From an uncultured Verrucomicrobiae bacterium (GTDB lineage Bacteria; Verrucomicrobiota; Verrucomicrobiia; Limisphaerales; Palsa-1400), in NCBI GenBank assembly GCA_963764165.1, contig CAVXRD010000001.1, positions 1,504,001-1,568,000 of the forward strand: a DNA stretch of 64,000 nt, in the 5' to 3' direction. Positions 54,946 to 63,824 of the stretch are shown here, piece by piece. The notes under the pieces are model-generated. The model worked only from the letters and a program-made list of their open reading frames with translations. It did no database searches and was not told the DNA's origin. Within the stretch, counting starts at the first letter, position 1; the number at the start of each line of letters is the position of its first letter. The position numbers were made by a program, and so were the translations under genes.

Positions 54946-55974
54946 ATGCCAAAAACAAAGTTCGTTGACTTCAAGGCTGTCAAATCGGCCATCACCATGG
55001 AGCAGGTGCTCCGTCACTACAAATTGTTTGATACGTTCAAGCAAAGCGGTGACAGCCTCAGCGGTCCTTGCCCCATCCACAAAGGTTCAAATCCAACGCA
55101 GTTTCGAGTGAGCATTTCCAAGAATGTGTGGAATTGCTTTTCGGAATGCAAACATGGTGGTAACACTCTCGACTTCATCGCCAGGATGGACAACGTAAGC
55201 ATCCACGCAGCGGCGCTTCGAGCCGTCGAATGGTTCAACCTCGACTCTGATTCCATGGCCACGGATTCCCCACAGGAACCCGATGAATCCAATGGCAGAT
55301 CGTATTCCGCAGAGAGCCCACGTCCGCGTCCGGCCTCAAGCACGCCAGTATTAGACAATGTCCCGCCGAACAAGCCATTGAAATTCAAGTTGGACAAATT
55401 GGACCAGAATCATCCCTCGCTTGCGGAGCGCAAACTGACGCCTGAAACCGTGAGTGATTTCGGAATCGGATTTTGCACCAAGGGCATGATGGCGGACCGA
55501 ATTGCCATCCCCATCCGCAATCCGGAAGGAGCAGTCGTGGCCTACGCAGGGCGTTGGCCAGGAGAACCAGCAGAAGATACGCCCAAATACAAGCTGCCGC
55601 AGGGTTTCCGCAAATCGCTGGAGCTATTCAATATAGACAGAGCGATAAAGGAACCGAGCGAGTTGCCTCTCGTCATCGTCGAAGGATTCTTTGGCACAAT
55701 GACACTTCATCAGCTTGGTATTCGGAAGGTCGTTGCACTCATGGGCAGCACCATGTCCGCAGCCCAGGAAGAATTGATACGGAAGCATACCAAGGCCAAC
55801 AGCCAGGCCATCGTCATGCTTGACGAGGACGATGCCGGTCGGGCGGGACGCGAGGACATCGCAGTTCGCCTCTCCAAATTCCTCTTCGTAAAGGTTCATG
55901 CCTTTGCCGAGGAAGGACGACAACCGGAGAGTATCAGCGCGGAAGAATTACATTCCATATATCCAGAGGCTTAA
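54946..55974 (+). CDS. DnaG-like primase (CHC2 Zn finger + TOPRIM)
   Basis: CPIH...WNCFSEC, AGR, PKY, IVEGFF, LDEDDAG. Confidence 0.88.
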   Translation: MPKTKFVDFKAVKSAITMEQVLRHYKLFDTFKQSGDSLSGPCPIHKGSNPTQFRVSISKNVWNCFSECKHGGNTLDFIARMDNVSIHAAALRAVEWFNLDSDSMATDSPQEPDESNGRSYSAESPRPRPASSTPVLDNVPPNKPLKFKLDKLDQNHPSLAERKLTPETVSDFGIGFCTKGMMADRIAIPIRNPEGAVVAYAGRWPGEPAEDTPKYKLPQGFRKSLELFNIDRAIKEPSELPLVIVEGFFGTMTLHQLGIRKVVALMGSTMSAAQEELIRKHTKANSQAIVMLDEDDAGRAGREDIAVRLSKFLFVKVHAFAEEGRQPESISAEELHSIYPEA

Positions 55975-55977
55975 TCC

Positions 55978-56304
55978 ATGGACGTATATTGTTCCACCTG
56001 TAACGAACCATGGGACACGTATCATCTCTGGCAGGACGCCATTTTTGACGTGTTGCCACACGACGAGGCCAAAGCCTGGTGTTCACTTCCCCGCGAAAAA
56101 AAGCTCACGCCGAAATATCGGGAGCAATTCCGAGCCGCCGGCTGGGTCTTCGGTGAGTCCATCATCAACGTCATACGCTGCCCAGGTTGTGTCGAGAATG
56201 CGAAGGCGAATCGGGAGAAACTCGAAACCAAAGCAGCCATCGAGAAACTCTTGGGCGATGACGAGGATGGCCTCGCCGCCGCCTTCGAGGAGTTCGGGCT
56301 ATGA
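55978..56304 (+). CDS. Hypothetical Cys-containing protein
   Basis: MDVYCSTCNEPWD...CPGC; tightly coupled in the operon. Confidence 0.65.
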   Translation: MDVYCSTCNEPWDTYHLWQDAIFDVLPHDEAKAWCSLPREKKLTPKYREQFRAAGWVFGESIINVIRCPGCVENAKANREKLETKAAIEKLLGDDEDGLAAAFEEFGL

Positions 56305-57221
56305 ACGCCACCTGTAACGGCGATCATCTCGCCGCTCTGCGTCACGCAATCACGACTGCCACCGCCAAAAAGCCCACACCGCTTACGTCCCCGCTTCAAT
56401 TACAGCACGGGTGGCTCGTGCCGCTGATGCTCGATATTGACGCCTTTCTGTGGCGGCGGTGGACGCATTGGTGCGAAACAACGACCGCCGGGCACATCAT
56501 CGCTGCCATTCCCACGATTGAATGGCAGCGGCATCAGGCAGGGTTCGCAATGCTCGACCGGACACTGTGCGCCGTCACTGGCGACGGAGACTGGCGCGGA
56601 TGGAGCAGTTGGTCGTCCTTCGATTACTTCATGGATTGGCTTCTGTTTGCGTTCGGGCATCGAGGCCAACCGGAGTTGCCGCAGGAACCGTCCGGTTCTC
56701 CAGGAGCAAGCGAGCGCCTGTATCAAACGTTCAACTTGGAAACACTGCTTGCCTTCCCCTACGACTACTTCGGCGAGATTCTCGCCGAAAATCGCCATGG
56801 CCGACATCTCGGCTTCTATCCAACCCCGATGCACGTCTCGACCTTAATGGCCGAGATGACCTTGGGTGAGGAAGATGCCAGAGACAAAACGGTGTGCGAT
56901 CCATGTGTCGGCACCGGTCGAATGCTCCTTGCAGCATCCAACCGTTCCTACCGGCTATATGGTTGCGACATCAATCCAACCGTTATCAAGGCCACGCTCG
57001 TCAATGGCTACCTCTACGCCCCGTGGCTTGTCCGGCCATTTCCGTTTCTCGACGGAATACTCTGCGATCCCGCAGAGAGCTTAGCCGTAAGCGACTCGAT
57101 TGCGGCGCAGGGTAATGCTCAAAACACCGAGCATGACGCTCGCGAGCAGTGGAAGTTTGAGCCGATCAAGAAACGGCGCATCGCCGGCGAGCCGATGACA
57201 GAACAAGGCATCTTGTTCTAA
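56301..57221 (+). CDS. N6-DNA-methylase-like SAM-binding protein lacking an evident catalytic motif IV
   Basis: GFYPTP, VCDPCVGTGRMLL, YGCDIN present; no NPP(Y/F/W). Confidence 0.65.
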   Translation: MNATCNGDHLAALRHAITTATAKKPTPLTSPLQLQHGWLVPLMLDIDAFLWRRWTHWCETTTAGHIIAAIPTIEWQRHQAGFAMLDRTLCAVTGDGDWRGWSSWSSFDYFMDWLLFAFGHRGQPELPQEPSGSPGASERLYQTFNLETLLAFPYDYFGEILAENRHGRHLGFYPTPMHVSTLMAEMTLGEEDARDKTVCDPCVGTGRMLLAASNRSYRLYGCDINPTVIKATLVNGYLYAPWLVRPFPFLDGILCDPAESLAVSDSIAAQGNAQNTEHDAREQWKFEPIKKRRIAGEPMTEQGILF

Positions 57222-57230
57222 CTCAGCACA

Positions 57231-57265
57231 CAACCTCTCTCATTGCGAGGGAGGTTGCCTTTTTC
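57231..57265 (+). terminator. Possible intrinsic terminator
   Basis: CAACCTCTC..GAGGGAGGTTG stem, then CCTTTTT. Confidence 0.45.
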
Positions 57266-57393
57266 CCCACACGGCGCTTTGGCGCGCCGTTCAATTTCTC
57301 GCTGGAAAACAAAGCGCCGTCCACGCCCCCAGTGAGAGTTACCAAACCAGAGGCAGCCTGTTTGCGCAGGCGGACGGCCAGATTGAGAGTTAC

Positions 57394-58704
57394 ATGAAAA
57401 ATGACGTATATCAAATCATTACGGACAAGATCATCCAATTGTTAGAGTCAGGCACCGTTCCGTGGCGAAGGCCATGGAACGGTGGGTATCGGCCTCCCCG
57501 AAACTTCATGAGTCGTAAGGTCTATCGAGGAATCAATCTGTTCCTCCTGGACTCCACGGGGTTTGCCTCGCCCTTCTGGCTGACGTTTAAGCAGGTTGAA
57601 TCGTTGAACGGTCGGATAAAAAAAGGCGAAAAATCGCTTCCGGTTGTCTTCTGGAAAATTCTTGAGGACGTAGATAACGGCGAAACCAGAAAGATTCCGT
57701 TTCTGCGCTATCATCGCGTGTTCAACGTCCTGCAATGCGAAGGAATCACAGTTCCAACCCCGCCGATGGTCAACGGGACATTTCAGCCCATCGAACGATG
57801 CGAGGATGTCGTTGCCAACATGCCTCACCGCCCGGCGATTGAACACGGAGGCGGACGCGCCTGCTATTCCCCTCAACGGGATGCCGTGAGCATTCCAGAA
57901 GCAAGTCTCTTTGAATCGCCTCAGGCGTTTTACGGAACCTTGTTCCACGAATTGACGCATTCCACAGGGCATGTGTCACGGTTGAACCGCAAGGAGGTTG
58001 CCAACCCAAGTGATTTTGGCAGCGATCTCTACAGCCGCGAAGAATTGGTAGCGGAAATGGGTGCGGCATTCCTCTCACGCCATTGCGAAATTGAGCATAC
58101 GACGTTGGATCAATCGGCCAGCTATATTCAAAATTGGCTGGAGCGATTGAAGGAAGACCGCAAACTCGTCGTTCATGCAGCCGCGCAGGCCCAAAAAGCC
58201 TGCGATTTCATCCTCGATATAAAACCCGAGGACGAAGGGCCGATTCAAGAGCAACCCAAGGAGTTCAAGGTGGTGGCGCTACGCGAATGCGCGACGCCGG
58301 AAAACATGCACATCTGCGACACGCCACAGCTTGCCGCCGATTACTGGAAGCTGCATATCGCCACTTCGGTTCAGTTCAATTCTGAATGTGAGTGCTTGGT
58401 AGTGCTGCTTTTGAACACCCGTCGCCGGGTCAAGGGCCATTACATCGTATCCACCGGAACGCTGGACGCCGTATTCGTCCATTGCCGAGACGTATTCCGA
58501 ACTGCAATTATTGGCGCAGCCTCGGCCATCGTGATTATGCACCACCACCCAAGTGGCGAGCCACAGCCGTCCGAAGCCGACATCAAAGTTACCCGCGATT
58601 TGATCCGAGCCGGTAAACTTCTAAAAATCGAGGTTATGGATCATGTCATCATTGGAAATCCGACCCATTGTTCTTTGCGAGAGCTTGGCTATTTTTATAG
58701 CTAA
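57394..58704 (+). CDS. ardC: ArdC-like ssDNA-binding/zincin antirestriction protein fused to a RadC/JAB domain
   Basis: PW.RPW, YRGIN, WLTFKQ, HELTHSTGH..RL.R, YS.EELVAE; then GTLD...H.RDVFR.AI, HHHPSG.P.PS.AD, DHVIIG. Confidence 0.85.
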   Translation: MKNDVYQIITDKIIQLLESGTVPWRRPWNGGYRPPRNFMSRKVYRGINLFLLDSTGFASPFWLTFKQVESLNGRIKKGEKSLPVVFWKILEDVDNGETRKIPFLRYHRVFNVLQCEGITVPTPPMVNGTFQPIERCEDVVANMPHRPAIEHGGGRACYSPQRDAVSIPEASLFESPQAFYGTLFHELTHSTGHVSRLNRKEVANPSDFGSDLYSREELVAEMGAAFLSRHCEIEHTTLDQSASYIQNWLERLKEDRKLVVHAAAQAQKACDFILDIKPEDEGPIQEQPKEFKVVALRECATPENMHICDTPQLAADYWKLHIATSVQFNSECECLVVLLLNTRRRVKGHYIVSTGTLDAVFVHCRDVFRTAIIGAASAIVIMHHHPSGEPQPSEADIKVTRDLIRAGKLLKIEVMDHVIIGNPTHCSLRELGYFYS

Positions 58705-58744
58705 AAAACAACCCCGACCAGACTTGGCCGGGGCTTTTATTTTA
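58705..58744. terminator. Bidirectional intrinsic terminator
   Basis: A-tract, CCCCGACCA..TGGCCGGGG stem, T-tract; lies between convergent genes. Confidence 0.65.
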
Positions 58745-58798
58745 CGGGCGTATCCATCCACGACAAGCAATTCACTTTATTTTTGGCGGCGGAAGAAT

Positions 58799-59710
58799 TC
58801 ACCCGACGGTTCCTTGGACTAATCTTTGCATGAAATCGCACACTCGATCAAAAACCCCTACGGCCTCTGACGCTTTATATGAACTGCGGGTGTGCATTGT
58901 GTTGTTTCTCCAATTCTGCCGAAAAACATTCATTTCATCTGTAATCGCTCTGTAAAAATCCAGCTTCTTGAATTCTCCCTTTTTCTTCCTTTTGCTTTTG
59001 TCATACTTTTGCTGGCGTAATTCGATTTTGGCTCTTATGGCCTTAATCAACGTTCCCCAGTCGGCAGACTCTAAGGTTCGATTTCTTATTTTTACACCCA
59101 AGTGGTTAGCCAAAGACCTCATTCCGTGCTCCACTGTTCGCATTAGATGGAAAACCGCCGCCGTATTAAGATCAGCTGATATGCAATTACCGGCATATTT
59201 TATATCGTCTCTAGCCTCTGGAAACGCCGTATAAACATCGCTCCCAAACAACGCTTCCTTGGCGTCTTTATTAAAATATCTCGCCCTTTCTTTAGGGATG
59301 AAGACAACCACTTTTCCGTTCATCTCCTTTGTTGCAGTGGTAATCAAGTGCCTTAGTAACGCATCCACTGTTTGACAAGTTGAAGGCTCATGGTCGAGTG
59401 CATGACCGAACAATCCCGTTTGGTATTGCGTCTCCTCCAGATCAAGCTGCCCGCCAATGAACTCAAAAGCGCCCACAATTTTTGACAAATGTTGAAAATC
59501 TTGCGGATTCATTGGCTGCGCGTTCGGAGTCCTAGCCGCTTTCGCGTAGCCCTGGGCCGTTGTCTGAATGTCCAGCCACCTCATGCAGACATCTCCCAAA
59601 AAGAATTGATTCATATCCCAGAGGCTTATCACCTTTCGGCCTGAAAACAAGCGCTGGATGGCTTCCTTTTCCAAGCGAATAATCCCGCTTATTTTACGCG
59701 GATTTGCCAC
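58799..59710 (-). CDS. HEPN-like domain protein
   Basis: AAVFHLMRTVE and WRNNTMH (RxxxxH); start uncertain. Confidence 0.6.
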   Translation of the reverse strand: MANPRKISGIIRLEKEAIQRLFSGRKVISLWDMNQFFLGDVCMRWLDIQTTAQGYAKAARTPNAQPMNPQDFQHLSKIVGAFEFIGGQLDLEETQYQTGLFGHALDHEPSTCQTVDALLRHLITTATKEMNGKVVVFIPKERARYFNKDAKEALFGSDVYTAFPEARDDIKYAGNCISADLNTAAVFHLMRTVEHGMRSLANHLGVKIRNRTLESADWGTLIKAIRAKIELRQQKYDKSKRKKKGEFKKLDFYRAITDEMNVFRQNWRNNTMHTRSSYKASEAVGVFDRVCDFMQRLVQGTVG

Positions 59711-59813
59711 AAATTTTAGTTGAATGGCTGCTTTCTTCTTGCAGAAATTCCTAAACCCTGCGGGAATCAGTGAAGACAGTCAGCACGCAATATAAAAAAT
59801 TATCAATTCAATC

Positions 59814-60581
59814 GTGAGCGAGAACAGCACACCGCCTTCCGCACCGGCACAATCCCGTTTTCTTGCCTTCTTCGACGAATGCGGCGACCACTCGCTCGAA
59901 AAGATTGATCGTGATTTTCCGCTGTTCGTTCTGGCCTTGGTTTTGGTGGAGCGTTCCGTTTATCAGAATCAAGTTTTGACGGAATTCAATAATTTCAAAC
60001 TCCGTTACTTCAATCACGAAGGCATCAATCTCCATAGTCGGGATATTCGGCTTGCCACCGGCCCGTTCTCGCTGCTTCTCAATTCAACAATCCGCCCGAA
60101 ATTCATGGCGGAATTGAGCGGCATCATGGATCGTTTGCCGTTCACTCTTTTCATCTCTGCCATTCAGAAACAAGCCTACTTGGAGCAGCGCGGCGGCGAT
60201 GCGGCGAATCCTTATGACCTGGCCTTGGAATTTACGATGGAGGGATTGTTCCATTTCTTGAACGCCCACGGTGAGAAACATCTGCCCATCATCGCCGAGG
60301 CGCGGGGCAAGCGGGAAGATAATATGTTGGAACAGGTTTTCTCTCGTATGATGGCGACCGGCGCGGCCAACGTCTCGGCGGAGGGTTTCAAACAATTGGA
60401 TTGTCCATTGAGTTTCCAGTCGAAAAAAAATAATATTGTCGGCGTGCAGCTTGCGGACTTATGCGCCCATCCGTGCGCACGGCACATTCTTAATCCGGCA
60501 AAGCAAAACCGGGCATTTGAAATCGTGCGAAAACGCCTTTACGATCAGGATGGCGTCAGCGGATGGAAAGTGTTTCCCTAA
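59814..60581 (+). CDS. DUF3800 family protein
   Basis: FFDECGDHSL, LHSRDIR, EARG..ED, K..N..GVQLADL.A.P..R, GWKVFP. Confidence 0.85.
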   Translation: MSENSTPPSAPAQSRFLAFFDECGDHSLEKIDRDFPLFVLALVLVERSVYQNQVLTEFNNFKLRYFNHEGINLHSRDIRLATGPFSLLLNSTIRPKFMAELSGIMDRLPFTLFISAIQKQAYLEQRGGDAANPYDLALEFTMEGLFHFLNAHGEKHLPIIAEARGKREDNMLEQVFSRMMATGAANVSAEGFKQLDCPLSFQSKKNNIVGVQLADLCAHPCARHILNPAKQNRAFEIVRKRLYDQDGVSGWKVFP

Positions 60582-60589
60582 AATCAAAT

Positions 60590-60645
60590 GGGCATTTCCA
60601 GCTTGCGCGAAGAAATGCCCACCGACCGAGAATTCTCAGTCCGTT
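60590..60645 (+). ncRNA. Structured RNA element directly downstream of DUF3800 (DUF3800-RNA-motif-like)
   Basis: Stem GGGCATTTC/GAAATGCCC, then ACC and hairpin GAC-C-GAG-AATT-CTC-A-GTC; no U-tract directly after the first stem. Confidence 0.55.
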
Positions 60646-61109
60646 TTCAGAATAACTCAATCGGCTTGGGTTTGCAACCCCTTATTGCGGAACCGCCGGT
60701 TGGACTGCCGGAGCCGGGGCCTGGCCAATTGCCGCCTGAATTCGCACTGTTAAATTTGACACCCCCCCGCTTGGAGTTGGGCTTTCAGCTTGTCGTTCAT
60801 ATCGGGAAATCTCGGATTGTCACCTAAACACGACAACTCAACATTCCACGATATTCGGGTAGTGGTACAGTTTGAATCCTGAAATCCGACTTTCGACTTG
60901 ATTCCGATCCTCATGGGCGCAAGGTTGCCCCATGCGCAAAGACATCAATCAGACGGCATTTTCAGTGGTGCAACAGGCGACAGCGGAGAAAAAAGCGATC
61001 AAGCCGCGTCCTATAACGGGTTCGAGGGTGGCTGCTTTAGGAAAGAAATCTGTGCCGAAACGCCGAAAGAATTAGCCTGAGTCCTGAAAACGCTGGCCAC
61101 GACTGCACT

Positions 61110-61580
61110 TCAAAAGTGCGGTCGGCGATGCCCGCAGCGATGGCAGATGCGTTCGGGCCGGAAAATGGCATCTCCCATGCAATTAGAAATCCCCGCTAAA
61201 AGCTGTCCCTCGAAACTCATTGGTCCGTAAACTACGGGACGCGATGGCTCGTAAATATCATAGCCAAGCCATCCGCAATTTGGACACTGATTCCTTTTTC
61301 TGCTTTCTTGCTCCAAGGCTGCCATCTTGACAGCGATTCGCCTGTGAAGTTCTGCCGATACTATTTCCGCATATTCCGAATCAAACAGCTCAAGTTGACG
61401 TCTGCAAGATGGGCATTCATAAGCCATTGTGACCATTTCAAAAGGGAACTCAATTTTTTGACTGCAATGTGTGCATTCGCAAGAGAGATATTCCGGCTTA
61501 TCAGGCATACTCCACATCATCCACTCGAAAATCTTTTCTGGCGGGCAATCGGCGGGAATAAAGTTATCGAAATCAGACAT
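61110..61580 (-). CDS. Zinc-ribbon hypothetical protein
   Basis: CECTHCSQKIEFP...ECPSC, CPNCG, CHRCG. Confidence 0.6.
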   Translation of the reverse strand: MSDFDNFIPADCPPEKIFEWMMWSMPDKPEYLSCECTHCSQKIEFPFEMVTMAYECPSCRRQLELFDSEYAEIVSAELHRRIAVKMAALEQESRKRNQCPNCGWLGYDIYEPSRPVVYGPMSFEGQLLAGISNCMGDAIFRPERICHRCGHRRPHF

Positions 61581-61598
61581 AATGGCTCCTTCAAAAAT

Positions 61599-61850
61599 TT
61601 AACGCCCTGAGAGTAATGCGGCGCATCCTTTGAAGATCAAAATTAACACGGCTGCATAGAGAAAGAGCGCAATAACCCCTCCACATCCGTTGCTGTCATT
61701 TTGAGACGGAGCCGAAGATTCGACGTGGACTTTGCCCTCCACGTTTTGAAGAACAGTCATTTGTTTGCAATTGGGGCACTCAACAAATTTTCCGTCCAGT
61801 TCGGCTGGAAATTCAAGTTTCTGGCGGCAGCAAACACAAAAACATTTCAA
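61599..61850 (-). CDS. Small zinc-ribbon membrane protein
   Basis: CFCVCCRQKLEFP...ECPNC plus C-terminal TM; start uncertain. Confidence 0.5.
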   Translation of the reverse strand: MKCFCVCCRQKLEFPAELDGKFVECPNCKQMTVLQNVEGKVHVESSAPSQNDSNGCGGVIALFLYAAVLILIFKGCAALLSGR

Positions 61851-62187
61851 GATTTCCCTTCCGCGTCTCGGAAAGGAAAGGGCGCGAACCCGTTCGCACC
61901 ATTGCGAGGCACCTGAGAGGGCCTTGAGATGAATGCGCACGAGCCGCGCCCAGTCGGGCACGTGCTCGGTGCGGGGTCATCTCGGAAAATTCTCAGGTTT
62001 TCGCAATTCCCCTACCGCTAACGCTAAATTATTAAAACTGCCCAAAGCATACCCCGCTTCAAATCCGCCAATCAATTTGAAAGTTTTAGAGAAAATGAAA
62101 AACCCACTTGCCATTCCCGATGATCGGAAACAACCTCTTTTTTTCAAACAACTGCCGCTAAGACAGCGGCCAACAAAAAGGGCTAAA

Positions 62188-63006
62188 ATGACCATTCTGA
62201 TTGGCATCACATGCAAAGATGGAATTGTCCTGGCCAGTGACAGCCAAGCGACTGTGGGGGGCGAATTTGCGCTACCAACATCAAAAATAACCAAAGTCAA
62301 TTTTCAGTTGAATGAGGCGCTTATAGCCTGCGCCGGAGATATTCACCTAGCTAATCGCGTTACAGAAATGATTCAGGATTCCGCATTGAGATCGGAGTTA
62401 AATTCGCCGCGTCATCTTGCCGATATGGCAGAGGCCGAAATACGAAAATTCCGCGATATGATGGTGGACGACGCCCAGAAGCAGTCTCTCGAAGAGGGTG
62501 GATTTATCTTAATGCTCGCCCACTTCGGTTGCTTTGATCCTAGTTTGTATTTGACGAACATATTGGGAATAGCAAGCAAGCCAGAATCATATTATGCCGC
62601 TGCTGGAAGTGGGTCCGTTCTTGCTGAATGCTTTTTTGCGGAATTTTTAGACAGGCCCTCCACGCTGCCAGAATCGGTAGCTGCTGCGATATATATAATT
62701 GACAAAGTGAAAAGGTATGATCCGAGTTGCGGTGGCCAAACTAAAGTCAAAGTCATTGGCAGGGAGAAAAATCCGTACCCAGCGCACGATAACCCTATGA
62801 CGCGCTATATCGGCAAGGTTTACGATTACCCGCAGTCCGACATTGACACTTTTGAACGGGAAATTGCTGAGATTGAAACATCCGAAAAACCTGGAAGGAT
62901 AAAGAGGCTCTCTGGCGTGTTGTCCGAAATCGGAAAGGTTCGATGGGAGGCATATTTGAAGTCCGTAAAAGCCACCATTTCAACCAATGAACAAACTGAG
63001 CACTGA
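62188..63006 (+). CDS. Proteasome beta-subunit-like Ntn hydrolase
   Basis: M-T-ILIGITCKDGIVLASDSQAT, SKI, CAGD, AAGSG, YDPSCGG. Confidence 0.78.
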   Translation: MTILIGITCKDGIVLASDSQATVGGEFALPTSKITKVNFQLNEALIACAGDIHLANRVTEMIQDSALRSELNSPRHLADMAEAEIRKFRDMMVDDAQKQSLEEGGFILMLAHFGCFDPSLYLTNILGIASKPESYYAAAGSGSVLAECFFAEFLDRPSTLPESVAAAIYIIDKVKRYDPSCGGQTKVKVIGREKNPYPAHDNPMTRYIGKVYDYPQSDIDTFEREIAEIETSEKPGRIKRLSGVLSEIGKVRWEAYLKSVKATISTNEQTEH

Positions 63007-63820
63007 GGAACGCAGTCGAATCGTAAGGTGTTTAGTAGAAGGAAACTCACTTCGATCCACAGTCCGAATCACTGACACCCACCGGACAACCATCCAGAAG
63101 CTATTAGTGGAAATCGGCGCGGCCTGTTCAGAGTATCAGGATAAGACTCTCCGCAATCTTAAATTAACCAAAATTCAGTGCGATGAAATCTGGGCATTCT
63201 GTGGCGCTAAAGACAAAAATCTCACGCCAAAAGGAAAAGAAAGAGGCTGGGGAAGCGTTTGGACTTGGACGGCATTGGATTCAAAAACGAAGCTCGTTCC
63301 CTGCTGGTATGTCGGCGAGCGCGATGCGAGCGCGGCTTATCACTTCATGCACGATCTGAGCGGAAGGCTGGCCAATCGCGTCCAATTGACCACAGACGGC
63401 CTGAATTTGTACATCCCGGCAACTGAGGACGCCTTCGGATCGGAAGTCGATTACGCGCAACTGGTGAAGATTTATGGGACGCATGTTGGACCTGACAACA
63501 ATGCAGAGATTCGATATAGCCCCGCAGTCTGCATGGGCGCGCGCAAGGCGGTCATCTCTGGCAATCCCCAACGGAAACACATCTCCACAAGCCATACCGA
63601 GCGACAGAACCTCACGATGCGCATGTCCATGCGCCGGTTCACTAGGCTGACCAACGCTTTCTCGAAGAAGGTTGAGAACCACGAGGCGGCGGTCGCGCTG
63701 CACTTCATGTATTACAATTTCGCCCGCATTCACCAGACGCTGCGGATTACTCCGGCGATGGCGGCTGACGTTGCGGATCATGTTTGGGACTTGGAAGAAA
63801 TTATTGATCTGATAAAGTGA
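62987..63820 (+). CDS. IS1-family-like DDE transposase
   Basis: N-terminal HTH (LVEGNSLRST), QCDEIWAF, LTTDG, TSHTERQNLTMR...RRFTRLT. Confidence 0.88.
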   Translation: MNKLSTEERSRIVRCLVEGNSLRSTVRITDTHRTTIQKLLVEIGAACSEYQDKTLRNLKLTKIQCDEIWAFCGAKDKNLTPKGKERGWGSVWTWTALDSKTKLVPCWYVGERDASAAYHFMHDLSGRLANRVQLTTDGLNLYIPATEDAFGSEVDYAQLVKIYGTHVGPDNNAEIRYSPAVCMGARKAVISGNPQRKHISTSHTERQNLTMRMSMRRFTRLTNAFSKKVENHEAAVALHFMYYNFARIHQTLRITPAMAADVADHVWDLEEIIDLIK

Positions 63821-63824
63821 GCGA

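Noticed and set aside
57254..57264. Another GTTGCCTTTTT match
   Set aside because: It forms the 3' arm and U-tract of a terminator-like hairpin, with no mirrored AAAGGCAAC 12 bp upstream.
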